DNA from: a virus
DNA: 39,683 bases
Strand: one strand, 5' to 3'
IMG/VR virus record: IMGVR_UViG_3300030106_005675
In this document: piece by piece, positions 7,313-15,900 of the stretch
Layout of the letters: every line of letters starts with the position of its first letter
Position numbering within the stretch: position 1 is the stretch's first letter
The notes under the pieces: model-generated
The model's database searches: none
Told to the model about the DNA's origin: nothing
The model's input: only the letters and a program-made list of their open reading frames with translations
Position numbers and translations under genes: made by a program

Positions 7313-7511
7313 GAGAGCCCCCTAAGGTGCATTTTTCTGAATGGTAAGGTCCGTTTTGCTGTATGTGAATAGCATCATGCACCCAAGGGATAAGCCACGC
7401 ATGAACTGGAAAGCAATTTTGCCAATTGTCAGGGTGAGCACAATTTAAAATAACAGACGTCCAAAATGCCGTCAAAAAACTCCACAGCCAATAAAAATCA
7501 GCCATCATCAA
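7272..7511 (-). CDS. Hypothetical Trp-rich protein (79 aa)
   Basis: The ORF overlaps both neighbours (14 nt and 41 nt). Its N-terminus FYWLWSFLTAFWTSVIL is hydrophobic. Confidence 0.3.
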   Translation of the reverse strand: MMMADFYWLWSFLTAFWTSVILNCAHPDNWQNCFPVHAWLIPWVHDAIHIQQNGPYHSEKCTLGGSHGMGRLDDRQSKP

Positions 7512-8226
7512 CCAAAATTACCCAACCAGTTCTAGCCCCCTCAACCTCAAATCGTTGTTTAAAATATGATTTACGCACGCGAATTTGATAGCCTGTTTTT
7601 TTATGATCATGTCCGCCAACATCAACCAAAGGGAAACCAGCGGGGTCGGACATTATCCAATTTTGATCATCGCTATTTTTGCCGGTGTAACCCGTGATTA
7701 CGCTCCAATGGCCACAGTTAAGACGGTTGCATCGTGGCGCTTGGCCTTTTGTTAAATTGCCTTGATGTAGCCATCCCACCAAAACAGGGCGACCGCGTTC
7801 GATTTCTAATTCTAATAATGTGCCGTCACCATCTTGCCTGAAATTTGCATTTAGGCCTAAAGACCGCAAAGTTTGCAAATGAGCCCAAACCGATGTTGTA
7901 TCGCCATATTTGCGCCTTATTTCATTATATTCATCATCTGTTTTAATTTTTCCCCAAAAAGCCGCCACCATGGCAGCGGAGGAGCTGAAGCACTCCCTAT
8001 ATCCATAACCGGAAGCGTTATCGTGCTGACTGAAGTAGGGCATAAAAATTTCTTGGTCGATGCCGCTTGCGCGCCAAGCCTCAAACCAAGCCGCGTTTTC
8101 ATCAAGTAATTCCTTCGGCAAGGAGCTTTCAAGTTCTGCAATTGCAGCCAATTGATGGGGCGAGCCACGAAAAAAATGGAAAAAACTGAGCAAATTAAGA
8201 GACACGATGAATATCCTAAGTTTCAC
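7498..8226 (-). CDS. Secreted or signal-anchored papain-like cysteine peptidase (C39-like/YvpB-like); endolysin candidate
   Basis: GTG start and hydrophobic N-terminus MKLRIFIVSLNLLSFFHFF. MPYFSQHDN...YRECFSSSAAMVAAFWG carries the catalytic Cys context and CGHWSVITGY the His context. Confidence 0.6.
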   Translation of the reverse strand: MKLRIFIVSLNLLSFFHFFRGSPHQLAAIAELESSLPKELLDENAAWFEAWRASGIDQEIFMPYFSQHDNASGYGYRECFSSSAAMVAAFWGKIKTDDEYNEIRRKYGDTTSVWAHLQTLRSLGLNANFRQDGDGTLLELEIERGRPVLVGWLHQGNLTKGQAPRCNRLNCGHWSVITGYTGKNSDDQNWIMSDPAGFPLVDVGGHDHKKTGYQIRVRKSYFKQRFEVEGARTGWVILVDDG

Positions 8227-8259
8227 TAATAAAACAATGAAAGCCTTTGCTTGTATTTT

Positions 8260-8448
8260 TCAATTTTGGTTTGGCAATTTGATTTGTTTTTTTGGTAGGA
8301 ACAAATTTGCCTTTACAAAATCAACAACTTTGTCGTCAACGGTATTGTCAGTCATTTTGCAATAAGCCTCTAGCATTTCGATAACCAAATTTTTTACACC
8401 CTGAGTTTTTAAGAATTTAAAAAGAATTGGCTTGATGAGCAAAAGCAT
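8260..8448 (-). CDS. Hypothetical protein (62 aa)
   Basis: Co-oriented ORF. The 10-bp palindrome cgaggcctcg (8451-8460) lies just upstream. Confidence 0.4.
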   Translation of the reverse strand: MLLLIKPILFKFLKTQGVKNLVIEMLEAYCKMTDNTVDDKVVDFVKANLFLPKKQIKLPNQN

Positions 8449-8472
8449 GACGAGGCCTCGATTTCAGCAATT

Positions 8473-8724
8473 CTAGTGCCGATCGCTGTGACCCTCTAAC
8501 CTGGCTACAGCCCTTTCTAGCTCTCCAATACGGGCAAACACCTCAACATCCTTTGTTTTTATGTCGCCATGTAGTACATCCAACCTATTTGCAAGATTGT
8601 CAACAGCAATCGTCAGCCGCACCAATGAATCCCTAGCATGACGGTTCTGGTGGCTAAGACCAGATACGCCAATGCCTGCGACTGTGATTGATGCCCCTGC
8701 AACAGCAGCCCAAACTTCAACCAT
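8473..8724 (-). CDS. Membrane-anchored coiled-coil protein (83 aa)
   Basis: N-terminal TM helix VWAAVAGASITVAGIGVSGL, followed by the heptad-like LVRLTIAVDNLANRLDVLHGDI...ELERAVARLEG. Confidence 0.5.
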   Translation of the reverse strand: MVEVWAAVAGASITVAGIGVSGLSHQNRHARDSLVRLTIAVDNLANRLDVLHGDIKTKDVEVFARIGELERAVARLEGHSDRH

Positions 8725-8749
8725 GGTTAGCCGCTTGCGTTAATTCATC

Positions 8750-9007
8750 ATGACAGATCCCACCGAAAACCAAGACCAAGACAAAGATTTTACGCCACTT
8801 GCTGATTTTGTCCGACTTGCAGTTTTGACGTGGTCAATTGCAATGCTAAGCCTGAATTATTTAGGCTACGTGAAGGCAATGGATCCAACCTTTCCCGCCA
8901 GTCTTCTAACTGGCACAATGGCATCGTTTGGCGTCAACGTGGGTCGCGCTAACACTAAGAAAAAAGAGGATGGCACTAGACTGGAACAAACACCATTAAA
9001 AAAATGA
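8750..9007 (+). CDS. Two-TM small membrane protein (85 aa), holin-like topology
   Basis: Acidic N-terminus, two hydrophobic stretches (FVRLAVLTWSIAMLSLNYLGYV and FPASLLTGTMASFGV) and a basic C-terminus. ATGA overlap with the next gene. Confidence 0.5.
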   Translation: MTDPTENQDQDKDFTPLADFVRLAVLTWSIAMLSLNYLGYVKAMDPTFPASLLTGTMASFGVNVGRANTKKKEDGTRLEQTPLKK

Positions 9008-9498
9008 AACCATTTGCATTGTTGTTTGCACTTGCTTTGCTAGCACCCTGTGCTCGCGCTGACATCACACATAGAATTTCATCAAGTATTCAACTGCAAG
9101 TTGATGGTGCCGGGTCTGTATCGACGCGAGTTCCTTCGGTTTATGCTGTTAGTGGCAATAACGTCACTTTGGGCACTGCTGGTGGGCTTGGCACCCTTAC
9201 ACCTGGCGCCGCTGTTGGCTTTACTCCCGCTGATTACTCTATTACTACTGCTGGCGATGCATTTAGTTTGACTGAATCTTATATTGAAGGTGACGCAACC
9301 CCAACAGTGTTATCAACAACAGTTACATCAGGAGTCGTGCCTGCGTTGCCAATATTTGGACAAAATACGACAACTTCCGGTGGTGTTCCGGGGTCACTTG
9401 CTGGAACAATTGCAACTGATGGTGCTTTACAAATTACAGCCGGAAGCTCTGGCACATCTGCAATTGGTCAAGTTATACAAGAGCTTACTATAAGATGA
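9004..9498 (+). CDS. Secreted beta-rich T/G/S-rich protein (164 aa), unknown family
   Basis: Signal peptide MKPFALLFALALLAPCARA followed by DI. No Cys in the mature part. ATGA overlaps at both ends. Confidence 0.6.
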   Translation: MKPFALLFALALLAPCARADITHRISSSIQLQVDGAGSVSTRVPSVYAVSGNNVTLGTAGGLGTLTPGAAVGFTPADYSITTAGDAFSLTESYIEGDATPTVLSTTVTSGVVPALPIFGQNTTTSGGVPGSLAGTIATDGALQITAGSSGTSAIGQVIQELTIR

Positions 9499-9926
9499 TA
9501 TTGTTACTTTTGATAGTGCTTGGCCTGTTTCCAACTGCTTCAGAAGCTGTTCCAGTCGTGCCGAATTTCCAGCAAGGTCTTATGAATTCGACAACAAAAA
9601 CAAAAACACAAGTAAAAGAAATTATTAATAGCTACGAATACAGGACAGGCTATGAGTATAGCGTTTCTGGCACAAATATTCAATCAATGAATGGTAAGCT
9701 CGCCCCTAAAAATTTAGATATTACAACTAACACGATAAATGGCATTTCTAGCCGATGGGTTGGGCTTGATGCGTCAAGCCGTCCAACATGGAATCTTGTT
9801 AACGAAGGCGCTAGTTTTCAATTTGTAGAAACTTTAAACGGGCCTGGTTTAGTCAATCATACTTTAATCGAAAGGACAACTGACATTGAATCTTTGACAG
9901 AAACGACTAGCACTTTTACTCAATGA
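9495..9926 (+). CDS. Secreted protein (143 aa), unknown family
   Basis: Signal peptide MILLLLIVLGLFPTASEA followed by VP. ATGA overlaps at both ends. Confidence 0.6.
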   Translation: MILLLLIVLGLFPTASEAVPVVPNFQQGLMNSTTKTKTQVKEIINSYEYRTGYEYSVSGTNIQSMNGKLAPKNLDITTNTINGISSRWVGLDASSRPTWNLVNEGASFQFVETLNGPGLVNHTLIERTTDIESLTETTSTFTQ

Positions 9927-10630
9927 GAAAGTTTTTGGCAGCTTTTTTTTTACTTGCCGCTCCTGTAAATGCACAAGTTAGTGGCACTGCTGCACCAGTT
10001 GCAAATAGCTCAGGCAGTGTAACCAATCAAGCTGTGCAAGTTGTGCCCTCTAGACAATTCAGTTATTTATACGGCAACGGCGTAAGTTGCCAAGGCGCAA
10101 CCTTAAACATAAACCCTTTTATTAGCACGACAACCAGTTGGGCTAATCCATATGAGGGGTTTTACAATGAACCCGTTTACGATACTTTAGATTTAGTTGG
10201 TGCTTTTGATCCTGAGGGCAACCCAATCCCTGACGGCGTACCTGATAACCCTGGAAACATTTTGTATTATCGGCCTATTAGAACCGGGCAGAAAACAAAT
10301 TTCTCAATTAATGGCGGTATCACTGCAACATTTTCAATCCCTTTGGACAATTCTCTTATTAAAGCATGTCGGCGCGCCGCGCAAAAAAGAGTCGAACTAT
10401 TAGAAGCAACTTTAGCCGATAAACGATTAAATTATGAACTTGCTAGAGTAAAAAATTGCGGCGAATTAATGAAAGCAGGGATAATTTTCCATCCCAAATC
10501 GCCATATGCAGCAATTTGCGCGGATGTAGTTCTAGTTAATCCCCCCGGTGTGATCCCTCCACATGTCCATAAAATCCCTATTTCCTCAGGCGACGTTGAG
10601 ACACTTGACGCTGAAAAACAGATTCAATAA
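9923..10630 (+). CDS. Secreted Cys-containing protein (235 aa), unknown family
   Basis: Signal peptide MRKFLAAFFLLAAPVNA followed by QV. Several Cys in the mature part. A T9 tract at 9943-9951 lies in the signal-peptide codons. Confidence 0.6.
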   Translation: MRKFLAAFFLLAAPVNAQVSGTAAPVANSSGSVTNQAVQVVPSRQFSYLYGNGVSCQGATLNINPFISTTTSWANPYEGFYNEPVYDTLDLVGAFDPEGNPIPDGVPDNPGNILYYRPIRTGQKTNFSINGGITATFSIPLDNSLIKACRRAAQKRVELLEATLADKRLNYELARVKNCGELMKAGIIFHPKSPYAAICADVVLVNPPGVIPPHVHKIPISSGDVETLDAEKQIQ

Positions 10631-11366
10631 TTTTTTTCCTTGTTAATTTCTCTTTAATTTTTTTAATCGTTTTTTTCACAATTGGTTTAACTGCCCTCAG
10701 TGCAAAATCGCCTAATGGTTTGACAAAAATGGCAACAGTAGTTGCAACAGATGTAATTGTGGCTGTTGTTATGACCACTGGCGCCCCTGGCAAATAATTA
10801 TCAATAATATTAATAACTGGGAGAGTTTCCGTTTCGGGCACGCAATCGCCATTAATTGTGTTATATGCAACAATTATTGCCGTTTGTGATTTATTCTTGG
10901 CGCCGATTGGAATTGCATCTGGTGGCGGACATGGCAAATCTTTGGTTAAAATAGGCATGTCAGTTGGCCCGGCACTAACTGACGGAAGGGGGGGCGAAGC
11001 CGGTTGGTTTTTTGAATCAGCCGGTTTTGCTTCATTTTTTGCTTCATTTTTTGGCTCTATCGCCGGTGGTTTTGCTGTCCCATAAATTAATGTACCGGGA
11101 GTAAAATTTAATGGTTCATAGTATGGGGCGGTACCATCACACAAGACATAGTTGCCTTTTGGATCGTTGTCATATGCATCATTATTCCCAGGTTGTATCT
11201 TTCGAGTTTTCACACACCCTGGCATCTGAATAATTGGAAAGCCTAAGCCTGAAGTTATTGGCGGTGCACTTGGAAGGCTTTGAAGCGGCAGAGATTGCCA
11301 CACGGGAACTGGTGGGATATAAACGCTTCCAACGCCAATTTCAGGAATATTTGGGATTTCAGGCAC
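10578..11366 (-). CDS. Pro-rich protein with C-terminal TM anchor (262 aa)
   Basis: GTG start directly after an in-frame TAA. The N-terminal two-thirds is Pro-rich and contains Cys residues. PKNEAKNEAKP comes from a 12-bp tandem repeat (11029-11052). The C-terminal segment APVVITTATITSVATTVAIFV is followed by a K/R-rich tail. Confidence 0.55.
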   Translation of the reverse strand: MPEIPNIPEIGVGSVYIPPVPVWQSLPLQSLPSAPPITSGLGFPIIQMPGCVKTRKIQPGNNDAYDNDPKGNYVLCDGTAPYYEPLNFTPGTLIYGTAKPPAIEPKNEAKNEAKPADSKNQPASPPLPSVSAGPTDMPILTKDLPCPPPDAIPIGAKNKSQTAIIVAYNTINGDCVPETETLPVINIIDNYLPGAPVVITTATITSVATTVAIFVKPLGDFALRAVKPIVKKTIKKIKEKLTRKKIIESVFQRQVSQRRLRK

Positions 11367-11381
11367 GACTTAAAAACCTGT

Positions 11382-11600
11382 TTAAGGTTGCCATTCTTTA
11401 ATTACAGCTAAACGACCTTTGATTTCACTTTCACTTTCTCTTGCAAAAATGCCAATGTCAATGCCAATTAAAGCTTTAGCCATTGCGCCGTAACGATTTT
11501 GCGATTTATGCCGTTCATAGCTATCAATAATTAATATTTTTGCATCAGAATAAGACAACCACGGGTGCCGCTCTTGCAAGAATTTGATTGCTTTTTTCAT
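11382..11600 (-). CDS. Hypothetical protein (72 aa)
   Basis: Coupled to the upstream ORF by an ATGA-type overlap at 11597-11600. Confidence 0.5.
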   Translation of the reverse strand: MKKAIKFLQERHPWLSYSDAKILIIDSYERHKSQNRYGAMAKALIGIDIGIFARESESEIKGRLAVIKEWQP

Positions 11601-11875
11601 TGTTTTAGTTCCCTAGTTTTTTGCAAAGGTATTGCAGGCCCGGTCACTTGCGGCAAAGATGGTAGATTTTTGATAGTTTCATCTATTTCATGTAATTTTT
11701 CGTCTATTACTTTAGGCATCATTTGTTTAACCTCAGGTAATATGTCGCCTTTTACGCCTTCAATGTATTCTTGTGTTATTTTTGGAATGAACCAATAAGC
11801 TGCAACCGTCGCCGCTGTTAATCCTGCAGACAACACAAAGCCAGCAACTGCAATTACATTGAAAAGCTTTTGCAT
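11597..11875 (-). CDS. N-terminally TM-anchored small protein (92 aa)
   Basis: VIAVAGFVLSAGLTAATVAAYWFI is a TM helix. The ATG lies 3 nt after the terminator U-tract. Confidence 0.55.
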   Translation of the reverse strand: MQKLFNVIAVAGFVLSAGLTAATVAAYWFIPKITQEYIEGVKGDILPEVKQMMPKVIDEKLHEIDETIKNLPSLPQVTGPAIPLQKTRELKQ

Positions 11876-11878
11876 AAT

Positions 11879-11902
11879 AAAAAAAAAGCCCCGTTTGGGG
11901 CT
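11879..11902 (-). terminator. Rho-independent terminator after the OMP-like gene
   Basis: The minus strand reads AGCCCC-AAAC-GGGGCT followed by a run of T (plus-strand A run at 11879-11887). Confidence 0.7.
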
Positions 11903-11929
11903 TGGATCGTGTGAGGCTTCCGTTATAGC

Positions 11930-12286
11930 CTAAAAACTGTATTTGGCGCCGATTTTCGTGCCAAATGACGGATCGTCATCAGTCGTAATAAAACTGACTT
12001 CGCCATAAAAATTTAATTTTTCAGTGGCGTTAACGCTGCCGCCAACTTTGGCCGAAACCTCCATTTCTGCGTCACCATCATCTGGCGCCACAATGGCAGG
12101 GCCTAGCTGGGCATAGTAGCCATAAGTTGAATCGCCGCCCTCATACCCAACATGAAGATCAGTAATTGAGCCGACATAATCGCCCCCTGAGTAGCCGCCG
12201 TTATTTTCGACGTTCACAAAGGGGCCGGCCAAGGCAGGCGCTCCAGCGAGCACACCACTGGCAACTATCAAAAACGCTTTGAACAT
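11930..12286 (-). CDS. Small outer-membrane beta-barrel-like protein (118 aa)
   Basis: Signal peptide MFKAFLIVASGVLAGAPALA followed by GP. Alternating hydrophobic strands and G/D/Y-rich turns. C-terminal ...GAKYSF has a terminal Phe beta-signal. Confidence 0.6.
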   Translation of the reverse strand: MFKAFLIVASGVLAGAPALAGPFVNVENNGGYSGGDYVGSITDLHVGYEGGDSTYGYYAQLGPAIVAPDDGDAEMEVSAKVGGSVNATEKLNFYGEVSFITTDDDPSFGTKIGAKYSF

Positions 12287-12294
12287 GAGGAAAA

Positions 12295-12420
12295 TTAACG
12301 TTTACCTTGCCCACGGTATCGTTTTTTGCCCTTGGCTGGTTTGGAGTGTGTGCCATTGCCTTGATGGGTTTTTTTTGGATTGCTTGGTAAAAAAACGCCC
12401 CCGCTTAGTGGCTTAGCCAT
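12295..12420 (-). CDS. Tiny basic protein (41 aa), not in the ORF track
   Basis: Hand translation gives MAKPLSGGVFLPSNPKKTHQGNGTHSKPAKGKKRYRGQGKR. Its ATG overlaps the upstream stop (TAATG at 12418-12422). Confidence 0.35.
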   Translation of the reverse strand: MAKPLSGGVFLPSNPKKTHQGNGTHSKPAKGKKRYRGQGKR

Positions 12421-12623
12421 TAGTTTTCGTCTGTTCCTGGAAACGTGCTGACATGTTTTTTATGTAAACCGGTATAAAGGCCGTGCAACGGGTGTGTTTG
12501 CCGGTCTCGTCCTTCCAACATGTAAAGCATTTCAAGCCATTCAACACGATTTCTCATGCATTCAACGTCCTCTGCCTTTGGCAATAAAGGGATCAGAGGA
12601 TGCAAACGTTTTTTCAAGTCCAA
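12420..12623 (-). CDS. Hypothetical protein (67 aa)
   Basis: Co-oriented ORF overlapping the upstream ORF by 10 nt. Confidence 0.5.
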   Translation of the reverse strand: MDLKKRLHPLIPLLPKAEDVECMRNRVEWLEMLYMLEGRDRQTHPLHGLYTGLHKKHVSTFPGTDEN

Positions 12624-12949
12624 GGCTTGCCCTTCCCCATTGTTGGTGTGCGTTGCTCATCAAGATGACTTTGCAAAGTTTGCTCTAATTTCGTAATATA
12701 AGTGTCTCCATTGTCTTTAGTAAGTTTTGCTTTAGTTGCCGAAATCGCCCAATCTTCTGTCAAATCAGCGTAAGGCGTTAAATCACTATCAGATTCTGGC
12801 TGGTCAAGTGCCGTTGAGCCATATGCACCGCTTTGATAAGTGCCATCAGAGGCATCAATTGAATAATGAACTGTAGTGACGGCACCGTTTGAAAGCTTGC
12901 GTTCCAGTTCGTTAATAATCCATTTAAAAGTCGTAACGGGGTCGGCCAT
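12614..12949 (-). CDS. Hypothetical protein downstream of the tail fibre (111 aa)
   Basis: ORF 33 nt after the fibre gene. No motif recognised. Confidence 0.55.
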   Translation of the reverse strand: MADPVTTFKWIINELERKLSNGAVTTVHYSIDASDGTYQSGAYGSTALDQPESDSDLTPYADLTEDWAISATKAKLTKDNGDTYITKLEQTLQSHLDEQRTPTMGKGKPWT

Positions 12950-12982
12950 GGGGCGAGGTTTAGGCAGTCTTCATCATTATAT

Positions 12983-15900
12983 CTAAGAGCCCTTCAATGT
13001 TGCAACTTCTGTTTCTAAGGCTTCAATACGTTCCATTGCTTCTTGAAGTGCTTTGATAGCTTTCATATAGAGCACGGAATAACTTACGGATTTGGTAGTG
13101 GTTCCAAGATCTTTTCCTTCTGTGTCAGTGTCAGGCACTTCATTAACAAGACCGGGAGATATCGTTTCAATTTCTTGAGCAATAACACCAATCTGAGTAT
13201 GTGTTTGTCCTTCAATAAAATTATAGTTACGAACGCGGATACCTTTAATATCATCCCACTGTGAATTTGCATCGACAATATTCTCTTTTAGTTTAATGTC
13301 AGAAATAGCACCGTAGGAATTGTTAGTATTCGCAACGTTACCGTTAGCTAAAACATGAAAAGTCTGGGTCGAACCAAAATAAGCATTATAAAGACCAGTA
13401 TATTGACTGGCAGTTCCTTGGCACTGCGCATATATCATACCTGCATTTGCGGTTACATCATTTACCACACCATACCCAGTGCTTGAACTTATATTAATTG
13501 GTCCAGCCTGTATCGTGCCGCTTGTAGGATTTAAGATAAACTTGTCATTAGAACCATCAAATGCGCCAGTAGAATCTCCTCTAATAAATCCAGCTGTGTA
13601 AGAGTTACCACTGCTTTCAATCAAGAAAGATCCTGTAGCAAACTGCGCAGAGCCGTTAGCCATGAGCTGAGTGGTGGCGGTTCCAGCGTTGTTTTTACCT
13701 TGGAAGGCAACTCCAGACTGGAAGTTCTGAGCTACTAGTGCGGGGTAAGTGCCGCTTGTACTGTTACCATAAAACTCAGCGCCGATTCTGCCAGCAACGT
13801 AACCGCTATTACCTTTTACGGTTCCAGCAGCAGTAACAGCTAAATCAAAAGTTGCATTGCCCGAAGTATCTATTCCAAGCTTAGCGCTACCATTAACTTG
13901 CAAATAAACAGGATGATTAGTGGCAGATCCAAACTTACCGTCATAGCCGCTAGTAAAGAATCCAGCATTTGCATTAGCATTTACAATGCTTCCTGCTGCA
14001 ACAGTGCCTGGAGTTGCAGCAAGTCCTGCAGTTGTAATTGTCCCATCGGATAGGATTCGCAGCCGCTCGGTAGCATTAGCACTGCCATCAGCAGTAGTGG
14101 CAAACATTAGGCGGCCAGGCATATCGTTAGAGCCAGGAGTACCGTCTACCGATGCAGTAATTTTTGCTCCTGCTGTTCGCATGTCAGTGCCATCACCAGC
14201 AGAAAAAATAAGAGCGCCTAAAGAATCACCATTTTGCACAATGGTTGGAGTCCCACCCACAGTGCTATTTCTATGACGGCCTAACGACAATGTCCCACAA
14301 CGATTGGCGTCTGCTGTTCCAGCAGAGATAATGCTCATAATTGCATCACTGTTCGTTGCCTCTATTTGAATTTTGCCCTGAGGTCCATTGCCTACATGGT
14401 CTTCAACAATTCTGGAAACAGAAGTTCCTACTAAGATCCTGCCCGAGCTATCTATTCGCAGTCTCTCGGTACCACCTGCGGTGCCAAACCTTAGGTGTTG
14501 ATCGTTATGTGAATAATCAATATAACCGTCATACTCAGCAGCTCCAGAGGTGCCATCTGCAAAATAAATTGAGCTACTACTTGTGCTTCCACTTCTAATA
14601 GTCATTCCACAATGACTACTGTTAGCAATAGTAAATTGATCAGCTACGTTATTAAATCCCTTAGTCGTAGTCCCAATCATCAAGTGACCATCGCTATCTA
14701 TTCGCAGTCTCTCGCCACCATTAGTAACAAATGTCAAGTTATTAGCAGCACTTGCGATACTAAAATCGGTGTCACTGCCTCCGGCAGTCATTTGATTAGC
14801 ACGCCCTACATATCCTACAGTTGTTGTCCCATTACTTGCAAACCAACGATCATATAAATAATGATAAATTTGACCATCTGATAAGATCTTAAATTTTTCC
14901 GTACCTGCAGTTTTGATACTTACGTTATCAAAATTAGAAGTACCTGTGTTGCCCGGATTATTGATAAAAAATCCTGTAACAGCACTGTCACTACTTCTGG
15001 TACCTTGAAAACCAACTGCTTCACCGGAAACGTGAAATTCACCATAAATGGTTTCTTTACCAAACCTGCTAACAATACCGCTACCAGAACGATAGGCATC
15101 AATCTTATATGAAGGAGATGTTGTCCCCACGCCAAGATTTCCTGAGCTATCTATTCGTATCCGCTGAGCCATACTTCCACCAGAAGGCCTAGTATTAAAA
15201 GCAATTGCACCTTCGTTATTAGTGTGACTTACATTAATAAATTGAACTTGGCTTGTACCTTGCCCTTGAGCATCAACACCCTCGATAACCATTGAGTTAT
15301 TATCAGTGGTATTTGTATTCTGCAGGTACAAATATCCACCAACAGTAGAAGCTGCACCAGAGAGCTTGGCATTAGTTTCTCCAGAACCAGATACGATTAA
15401 CTTTTGATCTGGATTGCTGTCGCCTATCCCAAAATTTCCACTGCTTGTGACACGAAATCGCTCTATGCCCGCAGTTTCAACAGAAACCGTATCTGCAGCA
15501 GGAAATCTAATCGCTGTATTAGTATCACCAGCATGAATTATCTTATCAGAAAGCGTTAAATCGCCGCCATTGGCCACAGTTAGCCCGCTGCTGTTTATTT
15601 TTAATCGCTCAGAACCGCCAGTTGCTACAGCAAATTCATCAGCGCCAGGTTGAAAAATTCCTGAATTTACGTCACCGTTTAAAATTAAAGATGGCGCAGA
15701 TGCTGAACCGGCTGTTAAATTTAGAGATTGATTAAACGTCCAACAATCGGTTGAATTAACCCATAATAAAGTCTTGTCGGTTGCTCCTTTAAGAGTTATT
15801 CCGCCACCATCTGCAGTTGTATCGCTAGGCGTAGAAACAACCCCTAATTCTATATTTTTGTCGTCAACTTGCAACGTTGTACTTTCAATAATTGTGCTTG

